Assembly (NCBI GenBank): GCA_021413845.1
Contig: JAIOPP010000057.1
Span: forward strand, 81,690 to 145,689
Direction: 5' to 3'
From: Planctomycetia bacterium
GTDB taxonomy: Bacteria; Planctomycetota; Planctomycetia; Pirellulales; PNKZ01
Length of the DNA stretch: 64,000 nt
Part shown: positions 18,141 through 28,369 of the stretch, piece after piece
Layout of the letters: the number at the start of each line of letters is the position of its first letter
How positions within the stretch are numbered: the first letter of the stretch is position 1
Translations under genes and position numbers: made by a program
Notes under the pieces: generated by a model
The model's database searches: none
Seen by the model: only the letters and a program-made list of their open reading frames with translations
What the model was told of the DNA's origin: nothing

Positions 18141-19691
18141 ATGCCTCTCGAACTTTCCAACACGTCGAAACCAGCGGCCTACACGTCCGCTCGCGCGCGC
18201 GGTCGTTCGGTGTCGGGCTCTCGGTCCGGTATTGCGATCGTGCTGGTGCTTGCAATGATCGCGATGACGATGGCCGTCTCTTATTCGATGCTCCGCTCGC
18301 AAACGGCGCAGTTGAAGAGTTCCGCCGGCAGCGAACTGCGCATCGATGCCCGACAAGCGGCCCTGAGCGGACTTTCAGCGGCACTGCGAAAAATGAATCA
18401 AACGAGTTGGAGCGGTGCCGACTCGACCCTCACCGGCACGATCAATTCGAGTCAAACTTATACGGCAACCTACACGACCGGCGACGATAGCCTCGCCGTT
18501 ACCGATGCGCAAGCCGCCGATTGGCCGTATCGCGTAACCATCTTATCGACCGGCTATGCGACCGACACATCCGTTTCGACGGTGCCGACGACTTACAAGG
18601 TTCAAGCGGTCGTGGATTTGGTTCCGAAACAAGTCGCAACCAATCCGACACCATGGGCCGGTATGCAATCGTATGTGCTCTACCAAACCGGCACCGACGA
18701 CTTATCGGTTCAGCTGCCGTTGAAAGTCGATGGACCGGTTCGATTCCAAGGGAGCCTCACGAACTTCTGCACCACGTATCCTTCGCCGACCGCCTGTCGC
18801 GCACAGTATCTCTCCGATCTCAATTTGATGCGCACCAAAGGGTACGGCGATCATCGACCGTTTACCGGACCGATCAGCCTGCCGACGGCATCCACCAGTA
18901 CGACGATTCGCAGCCTGCTGACGAGCAATCTCGGCTTAACGGTTACTAATCTCGCGTCGTCGTCGAGCACGGGCTGGAATGCGCCGAGTTCGATGTCGAC
19001 GTATCAACTCTATCCCGGCGGCAGGGCTTATACGATCCCGACACTGGCGACGACGGTAAGCGGTATTTCGCTACAGCCCGACCCACGCGACAACCCGGCC
19101 GGACTTTTCTTCCGGAACGGAGATGTGACGCTAGGTAACAACACGACGATCGTCGGCACGGTCATCAGCACCGGCAAAGTGAAATTCACCGGGGTAAATG
19201 TCTCCGTACAAGGACCGACCTTGCCTGCGCTCGACGGCTCTTCGACGACGTTCCAACTGCCGGCCGTCATCGCAACGAGCGATATCGTTTTGTCCGACGG
19301 AGCATCGGCCACCGTGCGTGGCACGGTGGCGACGTTTACAAAGTTCAGCGCTTCGGGTGGATCGGAAAGTTCAAAGTTCGATCTGCAAGGAAAGTTGATC
19401 TGCAAGCAACTCGAAGTACTTTCGCGCTCGGAGTGGAATCTAGGAACTTTCTGGTGGTCGCTGGCTTGGGGTTGGTACAACGATCAATTGTCGGACCCCA
19501 ACCCGCAAAAATACTTGCCCGTTTATATGCAAGGCTGGAGCATGCATTATGCGCCGCAAATCACGATCGCCGCCCCGACGACGACTTCCTCGACGCAACA
19601 ATGGTTCACCGCCGGTAGCCCGCTCTATGCCGTGGGCACCGGTGATGTCGGTTTAAGATGGTCCGTAATGCGAATGAAAGAGATCCCTTAA
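18141..19691 (+). CDS. Large GspK/PilX-like minor pseudopilin (putative tip subunit)
   Basis: 516 aa. N-terminus ...RSGIAIVLVLAMIAMTMAVSYSML has a hydrophobic helix without Glu5, as in GspK. The rest is Thr/Ser-rich and predicted beta-rich. Position follows two pseudopilin genes. Confidence 0.55.
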   Translation: MPLELSNTSKPAAYTSARARGRSVSGSRSGIAIVLVLAMIAMTMAVSYSMLRSQTAQLKSSAGSELRIDARQAALSGLSAALRKMNQTSWSGADSTLTGTINSSQTYTATYTTGDDSLAVTDAQAADWPYRVTILSTGYATDTSVSTVPTTYKVQAVVDLVPKQVATNPTPWAGMQSYVLYQTGTDDLSVQLPLKVDGPVRFQGSLTNFCTTYPSPTACRAQYLSDLNLMRTKGYGDHRPFTGPISLPTASTSTTIRSLLTSNLGLTVTNLASSSSTGWNAPSSMSTYQLYPGGRAYTIPTLATTVSGISLQPDPRDNPAGLFFRNGDVTLGNNTTIVGTVISTGKVKFTGVNVSVQGPTLPALDGSSTTFQLPAVIATSDIVLSDGASATVRGTVATFTKFSASGGSESSKFDLQGKLICKQLEVLSRSEWNLGTFWWSLAWGWYNDQLSDPNPQKYLPVYMQGWSMHYAPQITIAAPTTTSSTQQWFTAGSPLYAVGTGDVGLRWSVMRMKEIP

Positions 19692-19706
19692 TCGAAGGAG
19701 CGACGA

Positions 19707-19958
19707 ATGCGTACGCACCCGTTTATTTCCGCCGCGATCCCCAGCACCGCGATTGCAGTCGTTTGTTGCGTGCTAGGCTTTCAACAGACGGGCTCCGCGC
19801 AACCGAAACCTCCGCACGAGCCGTTTGCCAACAGCGTCGCGCAGCAAGCGGAAATGATTCAAGAACTGCGTGAGATTAATCAGCAATTGAAAGAACAGAA
19901 CGCGTTGCTGAAAAGCGGCACGTTGCACGTCGTTATCGACATCGCTAAGAAAAAATAG
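19707..19958 (+). CDS. Small secreted coiled-coil protein, unknown function
   Basis: 83 aa. Signal peptide (AIPSTAIAVVCCVLGFQQTGSA) then a helical segment QQAEMIQELREINQQLKEQNALLK. Sits within the pseudopilin operon. Confidence 0.5.
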   Translation: MRTHPFISAAIPSTAIAVVCCVLGFQQTGSAQPKPPHEPFANSVAQQAEMIQELREINQQLKEQNALLKSGTLHVVIDIAKKK

Positions 19959-19960
19959 CC

Positions 19961-20554
19961 ATGAACTCAGCCGCCCGGACATCTCGATCTGGCTACACGC
20001 TCGTCGAGATTATGATCGCAATCTCGATCATGGGCATTATGGCCGGCGCGGCGATTCCGCTGTTCCAACCTAATGTCGCGGTTCAGCTCGAATCGACGGG
20101 TCGCATCATTGCCGCGGATCTTGCTCAAGTACGTGACTTAGCGGTCTCGAACAACAGCAACTACCGCCTGACGTTCGATCTCGCAGAGAACCGCTACTAT
20201 CTGGAATATTCGGGCACGAACGCCGCACTCGCGACTCTGCCCGCGACGATTTACCGCGACGCATCGAATACCACCACACGCCGATACACCGACCTCGACG
20301 ATCTGCCGCAACTCGGCACAAGCGTTAAACTCTATTCCGTCGTCGCCGCCGCTGCTTCTCCTACAAGCATTACGACCCTTGAGTTCGACGCCTTAGGCGC
20401 GACGGTGCAAACAGCTGAAACGCTTATCTGGCTTTCGACCGGCTCCGGAGACGGAGTTCGCTACGTCTGCATCCATGTCGATCCGATTACCGGACTGGCC
20501 CGAGTCGACGACATAACCGGCATTTATCCGTACGGATCCGGTTCCGGGAGCTAG
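19961..20554 (+). CDS. Prepilin-type N-terminal cleavage/methylation domain protein (GspH/FimT-like pseudopilin)
   Basis: RSGYTLVEIMIAISIMGIMAGAAIPLF is a canonical G|YTLVE signal. 2-nt gap to the upstream gene. Confidence 0.75.
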   Translation: MNSAARTSRSGYTLVEIMIAISIMGIMAGAAIPLFQPNVAVQLESTGRIIAADLAQVRDLAVSNNSNYRLTFDLAENRYYLEYSGTNAALATLPATIYRDASNTTTRRYTDLDDLPQLGTSVKLYSVVAAAASPTSITTLEFDALGATVQTAETLIWLSTGSGDGVRYVCIHVDPITGLARVDDITGIYPYGSGSGS

Positions 20555-20635
20555 AGTTTCGCATTCCTCGCGGTTCGCTCAGGCGGCGGCACGGCAGTAA
20601 TCGCGAATAGGCGGGAGTCGGAAAGGTTCGTTCGT

Positions 20636-21700
20636 ATGGTTTCATTGCAAGGATTTCGACGCGTCGGCCCGATCGGCATCGACTTGGGGAGCCGTTCCAT
20701 CAAGCTCGTGCAGATGAACGGCGATCGTACGCGCATCCTCGAATCGGTTCGCTGGGATCTTCCGATCGAACCGGCCGTCGACGCCGATGAACAACTACGT
20801 CGCTGGACGAAGGCGCTGGTCGATGCGCGCGAAGGCCGCAAGTTTCGCGGGCGCGATGTCGTCGTTTGTTTAGGTGCCCGCGAGCTCGCCGTGCAGAACG
20901 TGCGCGTCACGAAACCGGCTTCCGGAGAATTGGAACCGCTGATTTTGAAAGAAATCGGCGATCGCTTCGCGTATCCGATCGCCGAAAGCGACCTACGGTT
21001 TCTAGAAGCGGCCGACGTTCGACAAGGAGACACGATTCGTCGCGAAGTCATCGTACTCGGTTGCCATCGTCCGCAGTTGAATCGCTTCATGCAGGTGCTC
21101 GACGATTCCGGCCTCAAGCCGGTAGCGGTCGAAGCGGAACCGCAATCCATACTGCGTTGCTACGGCGCTCAATATCGTCGTGATGAGGATCGCGATCAGC
21201 GGGCGATCGTCGTGCATGTCGGCAACACGAACACGGCCGTCGTCATCGCGCAAGGGAATGAAATCCTCTTCATCAAATACATCGAGCTCGGCGGCAAACA
21301 TTTCGACGAAGCCGTGGCCCGGACGCTCAAAATGGAGTTACCTGCGGCTTGGGCCTTGCGTCGTAACAACGGCGATCGACGCACGGAATTGCAGGATGCC
21401 GAGATCGCACGGAGCGTGAACGAATCGATTCGTCCGGTTGTCGATCGACTGGCGAATGAAGTCTCGCTCTGCATTCGATATCACAGCGTGACGTTTCGAG
21501 GCCAACCGTTGGTGCGATTGGTGCTCGGCGGCGGAGAAGCAACGCAAAACCTCGTCGAACGCTTAGCCGCTCGCTTGGATCTGAAGTGCGAACTCGGTGA
21601 TCCGTTCCGCAGCTTTCCGACCGCCGCCGGTGCGAGCACGGGTCGTAAATCGCAATGGGACGTCGCCATCGGCATGGCGATGCGTCGTTTCGACGAATAA
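20636..21700 (+). CDS. pilM: Type IV pilus assembly protein PilM (actin-like ATPase fold)
   Basis: IGIDLGSRSIKLVQM, VAVEAEPQSILR, VVHVGNTNTAVVIAQG and LVLGGGEATQNL are the typical PilM/FtsA-like phosphate and adenosine motifs. Confidence 0.85.
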   Translation: MVSLQGFRRVGPIGIDLGSRSIKLVQMNGDRTRILESVRWDLPIEPAVDADEQLRRWTKALVDAREGRKFRGRDVVVCLGARELAVQNVRVTKPASGELEPLILKEIGDRFAYPIAESDLRFLEAADVRQGDTIRREVIVLGCHRPQLNRFMQVLDDSGLKPVAVEAEPQSILRCYGAQYRRDEDRDQRAIVVHVGNTNTAVVIAQGNEILFIKYIELGGKHFDEAVARTLKMELPAAWALRRNNGDRRTELQDAEIARSVNESIRPVVDRLANEVSLCIRYHSVTFRGQPLVRLVLGGGEATQNLVERLAARLDLKCELGDPFRSFPTAAGASTGRKSQWDVAIGMAMRRFDE

Positions 21701-21711
21701 AGGCGACGCCC

Positions 21712-22533
21712 ATGAAAACAATCGACTTTCTTCCGGAGCGTTATCGCCAAGCGACGAAGCGCAGACGCACTTCGTATTGGCGGCTCGGCGTCACGGTATT
21801 GTTTCTCGTAGCCTTTGCTGCAGCAGCCGGTGGATTGTTCCTGATCGAGCGCGATGTACGAGGCCGGTACGAACAAACCAACGCTCTGCATGCCGCGGCG
21901 CAAGCCCAGCAGATGCTCGTCGCAAACAAACAACTCGAGCTCACGGAGCTGCGCAATCGTGCCGAGTTGGCAACCTTTCTGCGCCACCCTTGGCCTCGTT
22001 CGCGCATCGTGCATGAAGCGCTTGTGAACCTCCCGCAGGAAGTAACGATCGAGCGACTACATCTCCATGTCGCGGAGCGTCCGAAAGTGCGCGTCGCCGA
22101 AGCCGCGGCCGCTGTGGAGAGCACGACGCCAAAAATAGCGAATGCGGAATCGGATCTGACGGCTCTGCGCACGGCGCTCGAGGCCGTCGATCTGCTCGTG
22201 ACCCTCGAAGGGATCACGTTCGATCAACCCGCTCTGCACGTTTATCTTCAAGCGTTGGCGGCGTCGAAATTGTTCGTGAAAGCGGAACTAACGTCGATCG
22301 AAGCAGTTACCGGCGACTCCAGCGGCGGCGAAGTCCGCTTCGCGGTGCGCATCGTCGTTCGACCGGGCTGGGGTATGCCCGGAGGCCCGAGCGCTGAGGA
22401 AGCGCAACCTGCCGATGAAGAAAAGCCGGCTGATCCGGTCGCCGAAAAAGAAAGTGCCTCTAAAGCATGGGTGGCGGATACCGCATTGCTTCAACGGCCG
22501 AACATCGATGCCGGTGGGAGGGTAATACCGTGA
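21712..22533 (+). CDS. PilN-like pilus/secretion alignment protein
   Basis: Start set at ATG 21712. The short cytoplasmic N-terminus MKTIDFLPERYR resembles the PilN INLLP motif. Single TM LGVTVLFLVAFAAAAGGLFLI. Directly downstream of pilM. Confidence 0.65.
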   Translation: MKTIDFLPERYRQATKRRRTSYWRLGVTVLFLVAFAAAAGGLFLIERDVRGRYEQTNALHAAAQAQQMLVANKQLELTELRNRAELATFLRHPWPRSRIVHEALVNLPQEVTIERLHLHVAERPKVRVAEAAAAVESTTPKIANAESDLTALRTALEAVDLLVTLEGITFDQPALHVYLQALAASKLFVKAELTSIEAVTGDSSGGEVRFAVRIVVRPGWGMPGGPSAEEAQPADEEKPADPVAEKESASKAWVADTALLQRPNIDAGGRVIP

Positions 22534-23078
22534 AGAAATCTTTTCTCACCGGTGGCTGGGGAGCGATCGTTCCACTGACGGCCGCATTCGGAGTCTATCT
22601 GTTCTTCGTGTTCCTGCCGGGCATGAAAGATATTCACCGCATGCGCAGCGAAATGGAAACGAAGGAAATCGTCGTTCAAGTAGCCGCTGCGATTCCCGAT
22701 CAATTGAAGCAGATCGATCAGGAATTCGTCGACGCGCACCGCTATTTGGAAAAGTGGCGGGGAGTTTCGAACAAGCCGAGCAATATCGCCGAGTTGTTCG
22801 GGCGGCTTTCGAATATGGCGAAAGCCTCGGGAGTCGCCACGACCACGTTTCGCCCGGAGACCAAACAAGCCTATGCCACGCTAGAACGGATCCCGCTCAC
22901 CCTCGGTTGCCGGGGGACACCGGAGCAGGTGCAAACATTGCTATCGTCGATCGAGTTGCTCAATCAGCGACTCTGGGTCGATGACGTAACGATCGAACGC
23001 AGCCGGCAGGACGGGAAGTCTGTGACGTGCGAGTTAAAACTGGCAATCTTTGCCGATAATTTTGAGATTTCGGATTAG
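22530..23078 (+). CDS. PilO-like alignment protein
   Basis: GTG 22530 overlaps the upstream stop (GTGA). Single TM (GAIVPLTAAFGVYLFFVFLPG), a coiled coil and a C-terminal alpha/beta region. Occupies the positional PilO slot. Confidence 0.6.
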   Translation: MKKSFLTGGWGAIVPLTAAFGVYLFFVFLPGMKDIHRMRSEMETKEIVVQVAAAIPDQLKQIDQEFVDAHRYLEKWRGVSNKPSNIAELFGRLSNMAKASGVATTTFRPETKQAYATLERIPLTLGCRGTPEQVQTLLSSIELLNQRLWVDDVTIERSRQDGKSVTCELKLAIFADNFEISD

Positions 23079-23146
23079 GTCGAGCCTACCAATTACCGAT
23101 ACATGAGGGGCCGGAGTCGGACGATCGCCGTTCGCCGGTATGAACG

Positions 23147-23977
23147 ATGAGTGTCGCCAAGCTATCGAAGCAACTCAAGCGTGAGCTGAAAGCGAACCCG
23201 CAAAAGGCGGGAATGCTCGGCTTGCTCTGCGCCGTGGCTGCTTACTTTTGGGGCCCGCTCGTCTTCAAGTCGGAAGAAACGAAGAAGCCGGCACCTGCCG
23301 TTGGAGCGGCGCCCGTTGCAGCGACTGCAACGGCGCCTACCGGACCGCAGTCGCCGACTGCCGGTACACCACGAATGGAGTGGCGTGTTTTATCGAGTCG
23401 GTTGCAAGCCGATCCGCTGATGCGGAGCGTGCCGGGCAAGTCGGCGAACGATGAATTGCGAAACCCGTTCGGTGCCGCCGTGAAGAAGAAAGAAGAAACG
23501 AGTGAAGACGACGTGGCCGCCTTGCTCGAAGAAGCCGCAGCTGCGGGACTCTTCGACGAGGAAAAACCCGCTCCGTCGATCAAGATGAGTGCCGCCGCTT
23601 TGAACACCTATCCCTTGACGCTGACGAGTACGTTGGTCGGGCCGAGAGCTCGAACCGCGGTTATCAACGGCAAGGCTTACGTGCAAGGAGCGGCGATCGG
23701 ACAAATCAACGAGGTAGAACTGGTTTTGGAAACGGTCGACCCACGCTCTGCAACGGTCGCTTGGAACGGAGCTCGACGCGAGCTACGCATTCCACGCCCG
23801 GGAGAAAGAGTGGCCGGCGACGACTCCGAAACAAATGACGCGAAAACGAAGGCCACGGAAGAAAACGGCGATTCGTCGAGTGAAACGGAAACGAGCGAAG
23901 ATGTGTTTCGCGCCATCCTTTCGAATTCAGGCGTGAAAGATACCGGCTCGAATCAAGTAGTGAATCCGACGCAGTAG
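23147..23977 (+). CDS. PilP/GspC-slot protein (membrane-anchored, unknown function)
   Basis: TM (GMLGLLCAVAAYFWGPLVF). C-proximal beta segment LTLTSTLVGPRARTAVINGKAYVQGAAIG...VLETVDPRSATVAWNG resembles the PilP/GspC secretin-binding HR domain. Acidic tail. Confidence 0.45.
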   Translation: MSVAKLSKQLKRELKANPQKAGMLGLLCAVAAYFWGPLVFKSEETKKPAPAVGAAPVAATATAPTGPQSPTAGTPRMEWRVLSSRLQADPLMRSVPGKSANDELRNPFGAAVKKKEETSEDDVAALLEEAAAAGLFDEEKPAPSIKMSAAALNTYPLTLTSTLVGPRARTAVINGKAYVQGAAIGQINEVELVLETVDPRSATVAWNGARRELRIPRPGERVAGDDSETNDAKTKATEENGDSSSETETSEDVFRAILSNSGVKDTGSNQVVNPTQ

Positions 23978-24018
23978 CGTCGGCATTTTCGAAGCGACAG
24001 CAACGTCAAGGAAGACGT

Positions 24019-26472
24019 ATGAAGACACTACTACGCTTAGCACTGTTGTCGTTGTGCGCCTCGGGCGGCGTATTGATCGCCATCCATCTCGCTACGAAGC
24101 GACCAGCCGAAGTCGCTGCCGTCGCCGCTCCTTCTACGGCGCCTCAGCCGACTGAAAAGCCCACCGACATCGAGACGACGGCACCGAGCGCCTCCGAATC
24201 GCAACGCATCAAGGCCGTGGCCAACGCACAGCGCTTAGCGGCACGCGTTCCACGGTTCGAGTTGATCCAGCCTCGAGTCGCTGCCGAGTATCAGCCCGAG
24301 ACGCGCAACACACGCAATCCGACGGAAGCCCGAGCGCCGCAGTATGTAGCACAAGCTCCGGCGACGGATCCGAACGCCGGCCTTGGTGCCTTGCTTAACG
24401 TACTCCAGCAGAGCCAAGCCAATCCCCAGAACCAAGCCGGCCCGGGCATCTCGCCGACACAGACTCTCGATCTGTTGAAGATGATCCAGAATCGGAGCGA
24501 GCAACACAACCAAGAAATCCAAGCGCTCCAGGCACAAGCCGCAGGGTTGAAACCACCGGCCGCGACTCCGCCTGCCAACGGGCCTGCATTGGGTGCCCCG
24601 ATCGCGCCACCAGCGGCCCCCGCACCGGCACGGCTGGAAGAAGCTTTGCCGACCGATAGCAAAACCGTTGAAAACAAACTCGATGCAACAGGCCGAGCGG
24701 CCGAAATTACCGTCTCGCCAGGTCCGAAGGGGGAGATGGTCGATGCCCCCGGCGCGGTCGCTTCCGAAGGAGACGGCCGGCTCACGATCAATGCCCGCGA
24801 CGTCGACATTCGGATTTTGCTTGAGCAACTTGCCGAACAAGCGGGCCTGAACATCTTGGCCGGTCAAAGCGTGGTTGGTGCGGTGAGTCTTAATCTGCAG
24901 CATGTCGGCGTCGAAGATGCACTCGACGCCATTCTCAAGCTCACTCGCTTCGTTGCTCGCCGCGACGGTGAGTTCTACTACATCGGCACCTCGGAAGATT
25001 TCGTGGCGATGGAGAAGGCGCAAGACCGCATCAGCACGCGCGTCTATCGGCCCAACTATATCAATGCGAAGGAATTGGCGACGGTGCTCACTCCGCTACT
25101 GACTCCGGTCACCGGCAAGATCAGCATCACGGCCCCGGCCCATATCGGCATCGCTTCCGATACCGCACAAGCCGGCGGCGATTCCATGTCGCAACAAGAT
25201 GCCTTGGTCATTCAAGACTACGACAACGTTTTGGGGCAAATCGACCAAGTCGTGAAGGATCTTGATCGTCGGCCCGCTCAGGTTTCGATCGAAGCGATGA
25301 TCGTCAGCGTAACGCTCAACGACGCCAACAGCTTCGGGGTCGACTTCCAAGTGTTGCGCGACAAGCAGAACGTCCGCTTCGGTTGGGGAAGTCCGCGACA
25401 GGCTCCGCTCGAAGGTGGCGGAACGGTCGATCCGACGACCGGCGGCCAAGTCGGCTCGTTCCAGTTCGACACCGGCGGCCTTAAATTCGCGTTTCTCGAC
25501 GACAGCCTCGGCGTGTTTCTTAACGCGCTCGAAACGGTCGGCGATGCCAACGTCATCGCGTCGCCGAAGCTGCTTTGCTTGAATAAGCAGAAAGCGGAAA
25601 TCTTGATCGGCCAAAAGCTCGGCTACATCAGCACCACCGTCACGCAAAACTTCTCCACGCAGAACGTCGAGTTTCTCGAAGTCGGAGCTCAGCTGCGTCT
25701 GCGACCGTTCATCTCCAGCGACGGCCTGATCCGCCTCGAAGTCCATCCGGAACTTTCCGAAGGCTCGGTCGTCGTCAACGGCGGGTTCACGTTGCCGCAA
25801 AAGACGTTGACCGAAGTAACGACCAACGTCATGTGTCCCGACGGTTGCACCGTAATCCTCGGCGGCTTGATGCGCGAGAACCTTCGTTCGACGACGACGC
25901 AAGTGCCGTTCATGGGGAGCTTGCCCGGCGTCGGGCCGTTGTTTCGCAGTAAGACGGAAAACGTCGAACGAGTCGAGATTCTTATCTTGCTTACGCCGCG
26001 CATCGTCAACGACGGGCAAATCGCAGCCGAAGGGGCCAAGTTCGAGGCCGATGCCAAGAACATGGAGACCGCGAAGTTCCATCGCATGACACCGCTCGGC
26101 CAAGCCCACCTAGGTCGCGACTATACCGATCGTGCTCGCACGGCGCTCGCGAACAATAACCGAGCCCTCGCACTCCGCTATGCGAAACTCGCCGTGCACT
26201 ACGATCCGCTCAATCGAGATGCGATCCGTGTGTTGCACGACGTCAACACGGCCGGGGGCGCGACTGCCGTCTCGCAAGGGTTCGGCGTCCAAGCCGTGAT
26301 CGGCGAGGGCGAAGAGCCCGTGATCGACGGTGAGATGCCGGCGTGGATGTTGGAAGATTTAGGTCGTAGCGAAGGTGTCGTCTTGCCCGAGCATCCAGGC
26401 GATCCGGGCGTTCCCGGCCGTCGCACGGATGTCGTTCGTCCCGAGGTGTTTCGAAATGAAAAGCGCAAATAA
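24019..26472 (+). CDS. Secretin (PilQ/GspD family outer membrane channel)
   Basis: Signal/TM segment, P/A/Q-rich linker, STN-like LTINARDVDIRILLEQLAEQAGLNILAG. Secretin core: VSIEAMIVSVTLND, NVIASPKLLCLNKQKAEILIGQ, TVILGGLMRE, VPFMGSLPGVGPLFRSK, ILILLTPRIV. Confidence 0.9.
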   Translation: MKTLLRLALLSLCASGGVLIAIHLATKRPAEVAAVAAPSTAPQPTEKPTDIETTAPSASESQRIKAVANAQRLAARVPRFELIQPRVAAEYQPETRNTRNPTEARAPQYVAQAPATDPNAGLGALLNVLQQSQANPQNQAGPGISPTQTLDLLKMIQNRSEQHNQEIQALQAQAAGLKPPAATPPANGPALGAPIAPPAAPAPARLEEALPTDSKTVENKLDATGRAAEITVSPGPKGEMVDAPGAVASEGDGRLTINARDVDIRILLEQLAEQAGLNILAGQSVVGAVSLNLQHVGVEDALDAILKLTRFVARRDGEFYYIGTSEDFVAMEKAQDRISTRVYRPNYINAKELATVLTPLLTPVTGKISITAPAHIGIASDTAQAGGDSMSQQDALVIQDYDNVLGQIDQVVKDLDRRPAQVSIEAMIVSVTLNDANSFGVDFQVLRDKQNVRFGWGSPRQAPLEGGGTVDPTTGGQVGSFQFDTGGLKFAFLDDSLGVFLNALETVGDANVIASPKLLCLNKQKAEILIGQKLGYISTTVTQNFSTQNVEFLEVGAQLRLRPFISSDGLIRLEVHPELSEGSVVVNGGFTLPQKTLTEVTTNVMCPDGCTVILGGLMRENLRSTTTQVPFMGSLPGVGPLFRSKTENVERVEILILLTPRIVNDGQIAAEGAKFEADAKNMETAKFHRMTPLGQAHLGRDYTDRARTALANNNRALALRYAKLAVHYDPLNRDAIRVLHDVNTAGGATAVSQGFGVQAVIGEGEEPVIDGEMPAWMLEDLGRSEGVVLPEHPGDPGVPGRRTDVVRPEVFRNEKRK

Positions 26473-28228
26473 TCGCTTCGTACGAACCTTTGCCTGCGGT
26501 GCCGTGGCGCTTGTCGTCGGCGGCTGCGCGGTCGGCGGCGTGCCGCTTTTTAAGAAGTCGGAGAAGACCGAAGAGGCGCTTCCCGACGTGCATCCGATTC
26601 GCAAAGAGCGGGCATCGTTGGCAGCGAAGAAGTTCGACGTCGAACGGAACGCCGCCGAATATCAAGCCGCCGCGGCTGAATGGCGCCAGGGGAATTTCAA
26701 AGCTTGCCGCGACGGTATCGACAAGATTCTGTATCGCGATCCGGCGCATCGCGACTCTCTCATTCTGCTCGCCGAGTTGGAACTCGAGCATGACCAGCCG
26801 GAACTCGCCGTCGACATCTTACGGCGCGGAATTGCTGCGCACCCGAAAGATGGAGAAATGAGCTACAAGCTCGGCCTTGCGCTGGAATCGGCCGGAGAAA
26901 GTTCGGAAGCGCTTCATCATTTCCACATGGCGGTTCAACTCGCCCCGCAAGAAAAAAAATTCGCCGATGTCTTCAAACATGCGGAAGAGCACGCCAAACA
27001 ATCAGCCGCTCAGGATGGCGAACAAGTCGCCGACGGCAAAGTAGCCCCGGCGACGCCGGACGACAACGAGACTTCCGACAATTCCGGTAGCGAGCCGACG
27101 ATTCAGCTGACCGCCAACCAATCACCGCTGGAGGTCGATCCGCAAAGCTCGACAAAACCATCGTCGAGCGTGTCGTCGCCGATCGAGTTGGCCGTTGCCG
27201 ACTGGGAAGCGGGACGCAAAGAAGCTTGCGCTAAAACCGTCGGCGAAATCCTCGCCCACGATCCCAAGCACATCGATGCGAACATCTTGCAAGTCGAACT
27301 CGATCTCGACGCCGGCCGCAGCGACGAGGCCCGAGCGCGCATCGAACGACTCGCCATTCGCAATCCGCAAAATGCCCAAGTCCGACGAGCCTGCGCGTTA
27401 GCCTATGAAGCGTTGGGCGACGCGGCACGTGCCGCCACATCGTTTGCAGCGGCGGAAACTCTGGAACTCGGCGCGATCGAAGACGCTCCCAGGGTCGCGA
27501 TCTCGGCTCGTGCAAAACGAATCAAGCCGACTTCCATCGAGCCCGCTTCCATCAAAGTGGTATCGATCTCCGAGACCTTACAGCAAGCGACGCCGATGCC
27601 GACGGAATCGTTGCAATCGGAATCATCGACCATCGAACCGCCGAATCTCCTGGCCGCCGACACCCTCGCACCGGCGCTGCCGATCTTGGGTCTGGAAGTA
27701 GATGAGCCCGAAGCGCCCGTGAAAGCGACCGTTTCCACGGTATCAACGGTTCGCAACTCGGTCGTCGATCGGTTAACCAACACCGGTGCGGTGCCGCGCC
27801 GGAGCGCTCAGCAATTACTCGACAAGGGAGAAGTATTTCTTAAGGCCGGACGCTTCGACGACGCCCAACGAGAACTCTCCGCGGCGATTTCCGCGAATTC
27901 TTGCGTAGTTAAAACCGCATCGGCCGCGGCCCTAGCACCGTTAAGATACGAACAATCGGCGCTCGCGCTCGATCTTGCGCGGGAGGGTGTTAAGAAATTC
28001 CCCGATTCTGCGGGTCTACACCGGATTGAGGGGACCGCGGCGCTCCGCTTGGGGCGGCACCTGGAGGCGGAGGCGGCTTTGCGACAATCGTTGTCTTTGG
28101 ACAACTCGCAAGCACTGACCTATTTTTTGCTGGGCTCCGTCTACGACCGCCTGGGAAACCAAGAGGCGGCGGACCGGCATTTACGCCAAGCGGCGCGACT
28201 TGATCGTCGATACGCTGTGCGAAAATAG
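26456..28228 (+). CDS. TPR-repeat lipoprotein (possible pilotin/PilF-like accessory)
   Basis: Start set at ATG 26456. Lipobox LVVGGC. TPR-like repeats at both ends (AELELEHDQPELAVDILRRGIAAHPKDGEMSYKLGLALESAGESSEALHHFHMAVQLAP; LGSVYDRLGNQEAADRHLRQAARLD). Confidence 0.75.
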   Translation: MKSANNRFVRTFACGAVALVVGGCAVGGVPLFKKSEKTEEALPDVHPIRKERASLAAKKFDVERNAAEYQAAAAEWRQGNFKACRDGIDKILYRDPAHRDSLILLAELELEHDQPELAVDILRRGIAAHPKDGEMSYKLGLALESAGESSEALHHFHMAVQLAPQEKKFADVFKHAEEHAKQSAAQDGEQVADGKVAPATPDDNETSDNSGSEPTIQLTANQSPLEVDPQSSTKPSSSVSSPIELAVADWEAGRKEACAKTVGEILAHDPKHIDANILQVELDLDAGRSDEARARIERLAIRNPQNAQVRRACALAYEALGDAARAATSFAAAETLELGAIEDAPRVAISARAKRIKPTSIEPASIKVVSISETLQQATPMPTESLQSESSTIEPPNLLAADTLAPALPILGLEVDEPEAPVKATVSTVSTVRNSVVDRLTNTGAVPRRSAQQLLDKGEVFLKAGRFDDAQRELSAAISANSCVVKTASAAALAPLRYEQSALALDLAREGVKKFPDSAGLHRIEGTAALRLGRHLEAEAALRQSLSLDNSQALTYFLLGSVYDRLGNQEAADRHLRQAARLDRRYAVRK

Positions 28229-28369
28229 TCGCGACGGAGATTCCCTGCCGAACTCGAAGCGCTTGCTTCCGAAGCTGGGCGATGAACCCGAGGGGTTGAT
28301 CGCTTAAGACTTGGGAACGGAGCGAAACGAGCGGCGGTTTCCAGGGAACCTTCACTACCGTCGTCGACT

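Noticed and set aside
24235-26109. Minus-strand ORFs of 262 aa, 187 aa and 337 aa antisense to the secretin gene
   Set aside because: The secretin frame carries complete family signatures. The antisense products are Arg/Asp-rich without domains.
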